Shown here piece by piece: positions 1 to 11,804 of a stretch of DNA of 64,000 nt (position 1 is its first letter; the number at the start of each line of letters is the position of its first letter). This stretch comes from Macrostomum lignano (Eukaryota), in contig NIVC01001412.1 of assembly GCA_002269645.1 (NCBI GenBank), forward strand, positions 62,001 through 126,000, given 5' to 3'. Under the pieces are notes generated by a model. It made no database searches and was not told where the DNA came from. It worked only from the letters and a program-made list of their open reading frames with translations. The position numbers and the translations under genes were made by a program.

Positions 1-33
1 TCGTCAGTAAGTGATGCGGAGTGCGGAGGTTTC

Positions 34-738
34 GTGGACACCTCCCCGAATCAAAAAATCCATGCGCGTGAGGCAGATCCGTACGTCACAGGTCGAGTTG
101 CGAGTCGAGAAGTCCCTTTCTTGCTTGACAGCGGCAGCCGGAAAAACTTTCTTGGTTCGTCAACCTGGGCCGCTATTAGACGTCGGATGCCTCGTTGTAT
201 TATATCGCATGCTATTCCCGATTGCGTAACTATGTATGATGGGACGCAGCTCCCACTTGCTTGTAAGGTGACCATTCCGGTGGAGTTTGGAGATGTCATC
301 GCGGACACCGAATTCCTCGTCACGGTCTCCGATTGTAAAAACTTGCTTGGCGTATCGTTTATGCGAGAGCACTGCCAGAACTTGGACTTCGCTCAAGGAG
401 TGTTGAAGTTCAACAATGGCGCGTGCATCCCTGTTCGCTACTCGCGTCGTGAGCTTCAAACCTGCCGAATGTACACCTCCGAGAAGTGCACCCTGCCGCC
501 TAGAAGTTCAGCGCTGCTTGCCGTCAGACTGGATGACGGCCACCCTGAGAATCGAGGATCGCCATCAATTGTCGAGCTGGTTAAGTCGAGGCTGCATCCC
601 AGCTGCAACGCTCTGGAAGCAGCGCCTGCTCTGATGACAATGCTTGAAGGTCGCGGCTACATTGAGGTCGTCAACACCGCCGACAGCGAGGTGTTTCGGC
701 AAGCCGGTATCCGTGTTGGTGTTTCGACGCCACTCTGA
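34..738 (+). pseudogene. pol: Retroviral-type aspartic protease region of Gypsy A pol
   Basis: FLLDSGSRKNF active-site motif and NLLGVSF flap/C-terminal motif. Premature stop at 738. Confidence 0.8.
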
Positions 739-896
739 ACTGCCGACTTGATGTACTTGAGCGAGACGCCAGAACCTGAAGTGCGACACCTCCCGAAGAA
801 CTCTGAAGAGTCTAGCACGGCATGGCTAGATGAAGTCGAAATCAACAACGAATTGTCCAAAGAACAACATCAAAGAGTGCGAGATCTACTAGTCGA

Positions 897-2270
897 ATGT
901 CAAGTGGCCTTCTCCAAGCACCTGCTAGACGCTGGCCTGACTCATCTGGTGACCCACGAGATCATCCTGAAGGATCGGACACCGGAGTGGCGCTACCACC
1001 GCGCCGAATCCCGCCTCATCTGAAGGACAAACTCGACGCCCTGTTAGACGAGATGCTGGCGAAGCACATCATTCACCCTGCCTACTCGAGTTACAATTCG
1101 CCAATGCTCATCGTACCCAAGAAGGACGGCAACATCCGACTAGTCCACGACTTCAGAGCTCTCAACGACAGGTGTGTGTATCACTCGTATCTGCTGCCGC
1201 ACATCCAGGAAACCTTCGCGAAGCTTCGTGGTGCTCAGTGGTATTCCAGCTTTGACCTTGCTCAATGATTCTGGCAGATCCCGCTGCGCGACTGCGACCA
1301 GCACTTGACGGCATTCTCAGTGATCGATCGCGGCCAATTCTGTTTCAACGTTCTACCGATGGGTCTCCACGACAGTCCCGGCAGCTTTCAGCGTTGCATC
1401 AATAAGCTCCTGGACGGCCTGACGCCAAAGACTGCGCTTGGCTACATGGACGACATCGTGGTGCACTCAGTGACTTTCGAGGAACAGCTGGATAACTTGC
1501 GAACTGTACTCGTACTCCAGCGCATCATCGCAGCCAACCTCAAAGTGAAACCGAAGAAATGTCATTTGTTCCTCAAGGAGCTGCATTACCTAGGTCACGT
1601 CGTGACTCCCGACGGCCTGAAGACCTGTGAGGACAAGATTGCGCAGATCCGTGATTGGCCCGTGCCACAGTCCGTTACTCAACTGAGACGATTCCTAGGC
1701 CTCGCCAATTACTACCACAAGTTTTTCGACGGTTACGCTGGAGTGGCTGCGCCGCTGCATGCCCTGACGCGAAAGGACATTGGCAGCCTGCGGCAGCACT
1801 GGACTCCCGAGCATCAGCACGCGTTCGACACTCTGAAGAAGAAATTGTGTTCTACTGAAGTTCTCGCTCTGCCAGAGTTTAACTCGGATCCTGCTGTGAA
1901 GTTTGTCCTCGACACGGATGCCTCTGATATTCGAATAGGCGCTTGCCTTGGACAACTGCAATCCGACGGCGTCGAACGTCCAATTGCATTCTTTAGCCAC
2001 AAACTTCGCGATACTGAGAAGCGCTACACGGTCACGAAGAAAGAGCTGCTTGCAATTGTGGACGCTATGCGACATTTCCGTCATTATTTAATTGGCAAGA
2101 AGTTTGAAGTTCGATCCGATCATCGGGCCTTACTGTGGTTACTGAACCAGACTCAGGCCACAGGTATTTTAGGCCACTGGATCGAACGCCTAAGCGAGTT
2201 CCGCTTCCAGCTTAACCACCGCAAAGGCAAGGACCACGCCAACGCTGATGCCCTGTCAAGAAGACCGGAG
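897..2270 (+). pseudogene. pol: Reverse transcriptase and RNase H of Gypsy A
   Basis: SPMLIVPKKDGNIRLVHDFRALN, LPMGLHDSPGSFQ, YMDDIVV, LDTDASD, KELLAIV and SDHRAL. In-frame TGA at 1266-1268. Confidence 0.92.
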
Positions 2271-2370
2271 GGGCCGCCGATCTTCTTCGAGCATGGCCGA
2301 CTGCTAGAGCAACCTGGTCCTGGAGCCCAACCCGGTGTAGACGACAGCATCAAGACTGAGCGCCGTCATT

Positions 2371-2765
2371 TCCTGGAAACGGATTTGGACGCGATTCCCG
2401 AGGCCACTGCCTTAGCAGCCCTCCCGAAGACTGTCCATCCTCGCAACCTGGAGGCCAAGACTGACCTGGACGAAGACCTGGAAGCCACCGCACCAGCAGT
2501 CTTTCAGCACGACGCCCACCGCTGCAGTCAACGCCTGGAGACCGGCCTAGACGACAACCCAGAGGCCACTGCGACAACAGCCCTCTGCCGCGATGCCCAT
2601 GCCGCCCGCCGCAATTTGGAGACCAACCTGGACGAAGTCCGCGAAGCCACCGCTGAAGCAGACCGCCTTGACGACGCTCAAGACTTCCGGTCTCGAAATC
2701 TGGAGACGCCCATGAACAAAGATTCAAAGGCCACCGCACACGCAGCCCTTCTGATGACGGCCCAC
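2371..2765 (+). repeat. Five degenerate 26-29 aa repeats (LETxLDxxxEATA) in the RH-IN linker of Gypsy A
   Basis: LETDLDAIPEATA, LEAKTDLDEDLEATA, LETGLDDNPEATA, LETNLDEVREATA and LETPMNKDSKATA in ORF 1305-3179. Confidence 0.65.
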
Positions 2766-3016
2766 AACGCAACTCCAGGACAGCAATCTAACTACAACCC
2801 CTCTGAGCCTTTCGCTGAGATCTCTCGCCATGTTGACAGGGGCCAGAATCTCGCGCCAGCTGCAAGGTCGAAGCTCTGTCCCCCGGGCCGACAGACAGCT
2901 GCTCATCGCCTGTGCGGAAAGTCGAGTCCCCCTTTGCGACACCGCCCAGTGCAGGAGAAGACTCACCCAGATTTGATGACGACTGAGCCGACGACTACGG
3001 CTGCCAGCGACGAGGC

Positions 3017-4692
3017 ATGCTTCACGTGTTGCGTCCCGCCCTACAGCCTGGGCTGTGGGCTGAGTCGCCTGGGCTGTGCAGTGGAGGCATGTGCACTGCT
3101 CCATCTGCGGAATTTTCTGTCAAGAGAGCGACGAAGAGAACTTCGAAACGAGATCAACGGACGTACGCCGACGTTGTGAGACAAAGTCCCTCGGAGCAAC
3201 CTAATCCTGACGCCGACAAGATGGTGCCGTGTGATCGACCTGGAGCCATTAAAGCGGAGACTGCGGGAGTCATGACCCCTCAGCCATGCCGCGCCGTGCT
3301 CACTGATTTTCTGAAGCTGCCGATGACTCGCCAACAGTTCGTTGACGCCCAGCGCGCTGACCGAGCCATCAGCTACGTGCTCAACTTGGTCGAAAACGAA
3401 GCCCCGAAGCCTGAGTTCGACGCCCGGTTGCGACTGACGAAGCAGCAGCGGAATCTGCTCGGATACTACGAGAACCTGCAGGAGGACAACGGCCTGCTGC
3501 TGATTGACCTGTCCAATGGCCAGCAGCCGCCAAAGGTTGTTCTGTCTGAGGCCCTTGACGCTCCGTTGCTCCAGGAGCTCCACAGTTCGCCACTGTGTGG
3601 ACACCTCGGCGAGACGAAGACGTTACTGCGGCTACGAGAACGGTTCTGGAGACCCGGATTAGCCCGTGCTACCAAGAAATTCATCAGTAAGTGCCGCACA
3701 TGCCTTGAAAGTAAATCGCGACGGCGAGAGAGAGTTCCGGTCCAGAGCTTCCCAGTCTGCGAAGTTCTGGGTAGAATCCACTGTGATGTAGTAGGACCAA
3801 TCGCGCAGAAGAGCAAGAGCGGCAACCGCTACATCCTGACCTTATGCGATGCGACGTCGAAGTATCTATTGAGAAACCTACCCGATGTATCTACCCGATG
3901 AGAAACCAGAAGGCCAAGACAGTCATCAAGCTTCTGCAAGAGCGCTTCATCCCCGAGTTCGGTGTACCATGCTGGATCCACACCGACCAAGGCACCAACT
4001 TCACCGGCTCCGCCTTCAAGAAGTTCTGCGACCTGTTTGGCATTCGGCATACGACAACAACACCGTACAATCCAGCTTCCAACGGACAAGTCGAGAACCT
4101 AAACAAACAGCTGAAAAGTGTCCTCACCTGTCTGCTCGAGCGCAACCACAACGACTGGGACACCTTCCTCCCGGCCTGCCTGATGGCTCTCCTCTACAGC
4201 GTGCACCCGGTGACCGGTTTCACGCCTCTCTACTTGGTGTTCGGCCGTGACTTCCGACTCCCGATCGACAACGCATTGAAGAAGCTGCCAGAGTATGGTG
4301 ATCTGCCCGACTACGTCAAGGACTTCCAACGTCGCCTGGACGAGGCGACTGAGCTAGCCAAGGAGCGCCTGCATCTGCACCAGCAACTGCGAGACGAGCA
4401 CTACTCGAACCTGCCCGCCGCCAAGAAGCTTCAACCCGGTGATCTGGTATTTCTCAACAATCCGGCGCTCGAACCGGACGAGGCGGCAAAGTTTCATCGA
4501 CCTCGCAAAGCACTGTACGAAGTCGTCGAGCCCAAGGGCGAGGTCGTCTACAAGATCCGACGGAGACTGCCAAACGAGAGAGCTAGACGAGACGAACTAG
4601 TCGTCCATCGCCGGAACCTTCTGCTCGTGCGCGACGCTGACTACACGAGGACTTCCGATCCTGAAGCCAAAGAAGCGTCGGCGACCGCCTGA
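3017..4692 (+). pseudogene. pol: Integrase of Gypsy A (HHCC plus DDE core), frameshifted
   Basis: LHSSPLCGHLG...CRTC zinc finger, IHCDVVGP, IHTDQGTNF and NGQVENLN, split over ORFs 3017-3901 and 3844-4692. Confidence 0.92.
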
Positions 4693-4784
4693 CGTTCCCG
4701 ACGGCGCAGGACCCGCGACCCTGACGCCGATCCCCGAGGACGACCAGGACGACCCCGACGATGACGATGATGACGGCTACGACG

Positions 4785-4850
4785 GCTTGGCAAGAATGTC
4801 CCACCTTCTCGAGGTGCCAAGTGGACAGCCCAATGGGCTGGCAAAGCGGC
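4785..4850 (+). ncRNA. HDV-like self-cleaving ribozyme at the LINE 5' end
   Basis: P1 GCTTGGC/GCCAAGT with G1-U wobble; P3 ACC/GGT; L3 TTCTCGA; P1.1 GG; P4 CAGCCC/GGGCTG; J4/2 GCAAA with catalytic-position C4842; P2 GTCCC/GCGGC with one mismatch. Confidence 0.85.
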
Positions 4851-5051
4851 TTTCGGGGGGGGGGAGAAGCCCACAGAGTTAGACTAACCTCTGACAGCTG
4901 TGGGCAAACCTTCCCTCGACAAAGTGGCCAGGGAGTAACGGACCCTGGTACCTCTATAAACAACATACACGTGAAAACCCCTGCGAGGACAGGAAGGAAG
5001 AGGGAAGAAAAGAGAAGGTTGACGACTGAGATCGCTAGCAGACTCCAGACT

Positions 5052-5072
5052 ATAGAAAAGAACCCTGGACCA
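5052..5072 (+). other. 2A-like ribosomal skipping motif (IEKNPGP) upstream of the LINE endonuclease
   Basis: RLQTIEKNPGP matches ExNPGP, but the canonical Asp is Thr. It lies about 110 bp before IKIATWNA. Confidence 0.55.
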
Positions 5073-5185
5073 AGAACTAGACAACAGAATCGAGCCAAAT
5101 ACGCCAGAAAGAAGAAGCGCAGGGAGAGGAGAAGAACTGCAAGGAGAACCATCTTACAGGAGTTAGCCGTTAGAAAGAAGAGTCA

Positions 5186-5414
5186 ATTAAGATCGCCACC
5201 TGGAACGCACAGAGAGCTAACATCATGTCGGGGCGCTTCGGCGAGATGGTCAAACTGGCCCAACGGAAATGGGACCTAACGCTCTTCACTGAACTCGACA
5301 CTAAATCGACAGGTATCAGAACATGTCACTGTGATGGCGAGGACTGCCACCTTATATTCTCGCAGAAGGTGAGTATTCTGCTAACAAACACCGCCTGGAC
5401 TCTGTGGACCTCGC
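5186..5414 (+). pseudogene. LINE APE endonuclease, N-terminal part
   Basis: IKIATWNAQ...LFTELD motifs, cut by the LTR at 5415. Confidence 0.8.
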
Positions 5415-5598
5415 TGTAATGAAGTCAAGTCGCTTATTCTGGAGTAAACTCAGTTGAGGCAAAACCCTCCACGCTCTGTATATTTTATAGGCCAAGGGCA
5501 CGGTGGCCCGCGCATGTACATTACCGTACGTACTGCTAGCTAGGCTTACTAAACAAGCTCCACCCCTACCACGCGGCCCCACCCCATAAGTCATGACA
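5415..5598 (-). repeat. 3' LTR of the Mag-like element
   Basis: TGTAATGAAG...TCATGACA, 183/184 identical to 9412-9595. Confidence 0.97.
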
Positions 5599-5610
5599 CT
5601 TTTCCCCTCT
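5599..5610 (-). promoter_or_regulatory. Polypurine tract
   Basis: AGAGGGGAAAAG on the minus strand, abutting the 3' LTR. Confidence 0.85.
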
Positions 5611-5630
5611 CAGAAGAAGTCCGCTCCCTA

Positions 5631-8600
5631 TCAATCACAGCTCCCGAGTTTCGAGTAGGTCAGCTTCTCAGGTGGCCGTCGCCGGCGTGCAGGCTGCAGT
5701 CCGCAGGGCGCGTCTGGCGGCTCCGGCTCCGGGTGCTCCGCGCCGGTCCCGGTCGAGTCCGCAGCTTCAGCTGGCTCGGTCCCGGCTGCCGGACCGTCAG
5801 GTTTGTCGCTCTCGACTCGCCGGCCCCGCAGTTGGTCGGCATGACGGCGCCAGGTCAGGCCGTCGCTCGTTTCGACTCGGAAGCTCAGCGGTCCAGTCTG
5901 CTCGAGAACTTTTGCTGGTTGCCAGACCGCCGCATTAGGCCGGTAGTCCCTGGCCCAGGCCTCCGACCACGGCTCCTCCGGCAGCTCCCGCGACCGCCGG
6001 TCGTGCTGTCGTTTCTGGGCAGATTGCTCCCGCAGTACTCGATCCCGGGCTGACGGCCTCAGCAGGTCCATTCGAGTCCGGAGCTGCCGCTTCAGGAAGA
6101 GCTCCGCTGGTGTCCGACCGGTCGTTGGGTGCGGGCTAGCTCGGTAGCCCAGCAGCCAGTTGCACAGGCGGATGTCGAGGTCCGGCTGACTGCTTCGTGA
6201 CGCCTCCATGGCCATCTTGAACGACTTCACCAGCCGTTCCACCAGTCCGTTGGTCTTGGCGTGATATGGACTGCTTCTTGTGTGGCGAATTCCATTTGCT
6301 TTGCAGAAATCGCTAAATCCTTGACTGATGAATGCTGGACCGTTGTCCGATACCAGTTCTCTCGGCAGGCCCCATTGTGCAAACAACACTCGCAGCTTAC
6401 GAACCAGCTCGGCCGATTCGAGTGTTGACACGGCCTCCACATGCGGCCACTTTGAGTGCGCGTCGACTACGAGGAGAAACTGGCGGCCTCGAACCGGCCC
6501 GGCAAAGTCAACGTGGATGCGGTCCCAGGGCTGGTCTGGCCACACCCAGGGGTGCAGTGGAGCCAGCACCGGATGCAGCTTAACGGATTGGCAGGCTTGG
6601 CAGCTGCTGGCAACCGACTCGATGTCAGAATCCATTCCTGGCCACCAGACGAAGGTTCTGGCGACACTTTTCATCCGGGCCATGCCGAAATGTTTCACGT
6701 GTAACTCGCGCAGAACTCCAGGTCGCAACGCTTCCGGAACCAGCACGCGAGTTCCCCAGATCACGCAGCCGTCTTCCACGCTTAGTTCTAGTTGACGACA
6801 AAAGTAGGGCTCGAGCCCCGGGGGAACCGACTCTGGCCAGCCAGTCATTATCATCCGGAGAACATCTCGGAGCTCGTCATCTCGCTTTGTTGCTGCCGCT
6901 ACATCCGCCGCCGTCATTGGAAACTCGCCCGTCAGCTGACAGACCCGATCGTCGTCGTCTGGGCTGTCGTCCTTCATCTGCAGGGGCAAGCGAGACAGAC
7001 CGTCTGCGTTGCTGTGCTGAGCAGTCTTGCGGAACCGGATGCTGTAGCTGTACCCTGACAGCAGCAGTGCCCATCTCTGAAGTCGCCCTGCCAACCTTCG
7101 GTCCGAAAATCGTCGTCAACGGCTGATGATCCGTAGTTATCGTGAAGCTCCGGCTGAACAGGTACTGGTGGAACCGCTTGATGGCGAACACAATGGCGAG
7201 GGCTTCTTTCTCAATTTGCGAGTAATTTCGCTCCGCTGCTGACAGCGTCCTTGAAGCAAAAGTCACCGGCCGTTCCGAGCCGTCCTCCATCGTGTGGGAC
7301 AGCACCGCGCCGATGCCGACCGATGAAGCATCCGCGGCCACCACCACTGGAAGCTGCTCGTTGAAATGTGTCAGCACGCTGTCCGAACTCAGTTCTTGCT
7401 TAAGATGGTCCCAGGCTCGGTCCTCCGTCTCAGCCCACCGCCAGTCCGTCTCCTTCCTCAACAGTTGATACAGAGGAGCAGCGATTGTGGAGAAGTCCTT
7501 GACATGTCGAGCATAGTAGTTTGCGAGGCCCAAGAATGATCGCAGCTCTGATACTGTCACTGGCTTCGGGCTGTTGACTATTGCTTCCACCTTCTGAGGC
7601 AGCTTCTTGACTCCGTCCTTGCTCAGCAACGAGCCCAGGTATTCGACTTCTTCTTGCAGAAATTTGCACTTGATTCGCTTCAGCCGCAAGCCCGCCGCTC
7701 TCAGCCTGGTCAGTACCTCGCGAAGCGCTGCTAGGTGCTCACTCATTGACGGACCGGAGACCAGGATGTCATCAATGCGGCAACAGACTCCCGGCACGCC
7801 CTTCAAAAGTGTTTCCATCAGCCTCTGGCAAATCGCAGGAGCCGAACTGACGCCAAATGGCAACCGGAGGTACTCGAAAAGCCCTTTATGCGTGTTGATG
7901 GTCGTCAGCTTGTAGCTCTCTTCGTCGAGTGGAAACTGAAGATAACATTGTGACAGATCGAGTTTTGAGAACAGCTGACCCCGTCCCATCTGCTCGTAAA
8001 GCTCTTCAGGCGTAGGCAGCGGGTACTGGTCGATGTGGAGCTGAGGGTTCAACGTCAGTTTATAGTCGCCGCACAGTCGGACTCGAGCTCCAGCTTGTCC
8101 CGCACTGCGAATGGCACGGGTCTGGCCTTGCAGAATCGAGGCTGTGCGTCACTTTTAAGTCTCAGTGCGACTGTCTGATCCTTCAACTGCCCCAGGCTCT
8201 CGTCGAAAACATCAGCGAACTCCTCCAGCATCTGGTCGAGAGGCCCGCTGTTCTGCGCCGGCGCCTGGCTGATCTGGTTGGCAAACAACTGAGTCCAGTT
8301 GAGTCGCACTTTTTTCAGCCAATTGCGTCCTAGCAATGGGCAGGCTCCGGTCTGACTGGTGACCACCAGCGGCAGCTTATCATGCTGTCTTCCGTCGTAG
8401 TTGACCCTGACCTCGGCTGTTCCCTTGACTTGTATTGGCTCGCCCGTCCAGGTCCGGAGTCGCAGGCGTGTTGGTGTCAGCGGAGGTCGGCCGAGCTGCT
8501 TCCACACCGACTCCGGTACGAGGCTGACGCAGGCACCGGTGTCCAGCTGCATGGTGAGGGGCTGGTCATTCACCAGCAGGCTTACGCTGATCTTCTTGGC

Positions 8601-9398
8601 CGATGCAGTGACTTGCGAAATCCAGCCAGTTGCTGCTTCCTCCTCCACTTCCGTTTGCATTGCGTGCGCTGGTCCGCTCTCTGGCCGTCCGGCTTTCGTT
8701 GTGCTGGAGGCTTTCTTGGCTGAGCGGCAAACTTTCTGCAGGTGTCCAACTTTCCCGCAGTTGTGGCACTTTGCGGTCCTGAAGTGGCAGGCTGCCGACA
8801 GGTGGCCTTTCAATCCGCACCTGTAGCACGCCTTCGAGTCTGGCGCTACCTGCTGGACTGAGCTGACCTCTGAGCTCGATTTCCACTGCTCAGTTTCCGA
8901 CTTAGCAATCTCCGCCGCGAGGGCAACTTTTTTGGCCACATTCAGCGTGAGCTTCTCCTCCATCAGGAGTCGCTGCTGGGTCCGCTGGTCCCGAAGACCA
9001 CAGACGAAACAGTCTCGGAGAGCTTCTTCTCGAAACCCCCCGAACTCGCACGAATCGGCCAGATTTCGCAGCGCGGCCAGAAATTGAGCAGCCGTCTCTC
9101 CGTCCTTTTGTGCTCGCTTGTAGAACTTGAACCGTTCAGCGATTACTGGCTTCTTCGGTTTGAAGTACTTTTGAAGGTGCTCGGTGAGGGCGCTGTATTG
9201 CAGATCTGTTGGCTTGGTCGGACTGCAGAGATCCCGCAGGACTGCGTAGCATCGTTCGCCAATCAATGTCAGAAACACTGCCTTCTTCTTGTCGTCGCCT
9301 TCTATGCCGTTTGCAAGCATGTAAGAGTCCATTCGCTCTTGATAGGCGTCCCAATCTTTGCCTTCCTCGTAAGGTTCTAGTTGTCCAACTGAAGCCAT
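5631..9398 (-). pseudogene. gag-pol: gag-pol of the Mag-like element (two deletion-associated frameshifts)
   Basis: CYRCGLKGHLSAAC and CHNCGKVGHLQKVC knuckles, LDTGACVS, RIDDILV, ADASSVG, IHVDFAGP, SDNGPAF and GLVERLV. Sequence is missing near 8090 (KLELE to VRLCGDYK) and near 7095. Confidence 0.93.
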
Positions 9399-9399
9399 T

Positions 9400-9409
9400 C
9401 TCGTCGCCA
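9400..9409 (-). promoter_or_regulatory. Primer-binding site
   Basis: TGGCGACGAG lies 2 nt inside the 5' LTR and is complementary to a tRNA 3' CCA end. The tRNA was not identified. Confidence 0.8.
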
Positions 9410-9411
9410 AT

Positions 9412-9595
9412 TGTAATGAAGTCAATTCGCTTATTCTGGAGTAAACTCAGTTGAGGCAAAACCCTCCACGCTCTGTATATTTTATAGGCCAAGGGCACGG
9501 TGGCCCGCGCATGTACATTACCGTACGTACTGCTAGCTAGGCTTACTAAACAAGCTCCACCCCTACCACGCGGCCCCACCCCATAAGTCATGACA
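9412..9595 (-). repeat. 5' LTR of the Mag-like element
   Basis: Direct repeat of 5415-5598. Confidence 0.97.
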
Positions 9596-11454
9596 TATGG
9601 GGTGGCAAGGCAGGAAAATGCATCCACAAGAAAGAACGCATGCAAACGAAATTGGCGGAGCAGTGGTGATGTCGGTCTACCAACCAATCAAAGACAGCCC
9701 AGCCTACAAAGGAGACTTGGAAACCATTCGTACGGAAATCGAACATTTGCTGAACACCTTAGGTAAAAACTTACCGATGATCATCGGTGGTGACTGGAAC
9801 GCCAACGTCGCAAAAAGACTGCTTCACCAGTATGGAAGCGCCTGGAGTTTTGGCCAAAGCCTGACCAACCAATAAGGCGCCGACCTCCTGACCTGGTTAG
9901 AAAGCATACAGATGGTGTGGATCAGCTCTTACTATCACTATCACCAGAACAAACCCGGAACGTGGAAACACCCCCGCACGGGCACCTGGTACGAGCTGGA
10001 TGGATTTGCCATTCGCAAGGAAGACCGTCACACAATAGTGAGACGAATATCAACGGACCACTCGGAAACCTTGCTATCAGACCACTTGCCGAAAGTTTTG
10101 TCTGTGCTACCGGGCGCCGCCATCATCAAGCAGCCCACAACTAGAAATACCAATAGGAATCAGAAACGCAAAGGACAAAAGACCAAACAGATCGAATGGA
10201 CTAAACTCCGTGACCCGGAAGTGAAAGAGTGTTTCCGAAAGAAAACAGAGGAGAGGCTAGTAACACCTAAACACACAGAAGCAACAGCCGAACCGATTCG
10301 CGAAATGGACGAAGTAAGAAACTGGAAAACGACTGAAACCAAGTTACTTGAAACCGCAATGGAAGTCTGTGGACCGAAAACCAAACAAACCAACAGCTGG
10401 ATGGTAGGACATGAGGAGGAACTGAAGGAGCTCAACAACAACCTCGCTAAAGCCCTCAGCGCCCGGAACCAAGAGAGATCACGCACGCTTGGCACCGGAC
10501 GACGACCAGAACACGGCGAAGATCGAGTCAGCACTCGAACACGTCAAAGCGTGCAGACAGATAAAAAAACGAAGCTGCAAAAATGGGAAGATGCTTGGTG
10601 GGTCAACATCGCCGATGAATGCAAACATCACTGCGATTGCGGCAACATAGCCGGAATGTATGATTGTCTGCGGAAGATGGGAAAAACGACGCAACAAAAC
10701 GCAAATGGCAGTAAAGCGTCACCACTCTTCTCGGCGGAAGATTTCAAAGATCATTTTGAAACTCTACAAGCCTCACGATACGAGAACCCCCCGAGTTGAT
10801 CAGAGAAATCATACTCAGAACGGAACGAGCCCACGAACCAGACAGCAAGACAGTTAGAGAGGCCAACGAAAAGCTGGCCACATCGCTGGAAGACGAAGAG
10901 ATCGAGAGGGAATGGATGAAGATTCAAGACGGAGCACCAGGAATTGATGGAGTACGAATAAGGTACATAAGGCAGCCTGCGAGGAGGCGAAAATATCGCT
11001 CAGAAACGAAATCCACCACCTATGGAATTCACCAGCCAAAGACTTGAGTGAGAATCAGAAAATCGGCCAAATCATCCCGCTCTTCAAAAAGGGAGACAGA
11101 GCTAACGCTAACAACTACCGGGGCATATGCCTGCTTCCGCTAGTTAGCAGAATTATCGCAAGGGTCCTAGCAACTAGAATCAGCGCATGGGCAGAAAACA
11201 TTGGCGCACTCGACGAGAACCAGACAGGCTTCCGCAACGGCCGTTCTACAATGGACGCCACCCAAACTATCTGGCGCCTAAATGAGGACGCCAGCAAACT
11301 GCGCGACAGCCCGGACCATACCGACAACCTGGACTCCAGGATCAAGCTGCTTGACCTTCGTAAAGCTTACCCAAGAGTCAACAAGCCGGCGCTCTGGCAA
11401 CTTCTTGCGCACTATGGAATGCCAACGGGAATCATAGACAAGATCAGGGACCTG
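9596..11454 (+). pseudogene. LINE endonuclease C-half and RT N-half
   Basis: IIGGDWNA, TWKHPRTGTWYELDGF, SDHLP, IIPLFKKGD...NYRGICLL, QTGFRNGRSTMD and DLRKAYPRV, with stops and frameshifts. Confidence 0.92.
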
Positions 11455-11785
11455 AGTAGTATATACGATACAAAATTGCCAGCCAACCCTTATCATAAAT
11501 CAAATGATTTTAACCCTTTATCAGTGTGAAATGGCTCATTTCCCTTCATTATCGCTCGTCTTCACTTCGCTCAACTCGCTCCGCTCATCCTCGCTTCATT
11601 TCGGTCAATCGCGTCATTTTACACTGATAACGATTAATTCTCTTTGAATTCCGAGAATTCGCTCTCGTCGTTCGCTTTGGTTTTCTGGCAATTTTTTATG
11701 GAACTCAAACTCTTCCAACTCTTCCAACTCTCCCCAACACACACAAACACTCTATAACCCCAGGCCGCGCCGCAGGCGCAAAGGG
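11455..11785 (+). repeat. Left terminal inverted repeat of Polinton 1
   Basis: Reverse complement of 35823-36152, with roughly 6-8 differences by eye. Confidence 0.97.
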
Positions 11786-11804
11786 TCTTTTTCTGTTACT
11801 AAAA

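Larger units (their letters stand above)
1..4784 (+). mobile_element. Ty3/Gypsy LTR retrotransposon A, 5' arm (decayed pol; starts before the window; 3' arm resumes at 37743)
   Basis: PR-RT-RH-IN order. Several stops and frameshifts. Ends at the left copy of the 13-bp LINE TSD (GACGGCTACGACG, 4772-4784). Confidence 0.9.
5415..9595 (-). mobile_element. Mag-like Ty3/Gypsy LTR retrotransposon, young, with internal deletions
   Basis: 184-bp TG...CA LTRs differing at one base, PBS and PPT present, two CCHC knuckles, 4.2 kb. Confidence 0.93.

Noticed and set aside
4855-4868. G-run as the polypurine tract of Gypsy A
   Set aside because: It lies inside the LINE 5' UTR defined by the TSD and ribozyme, and no LTR follows.
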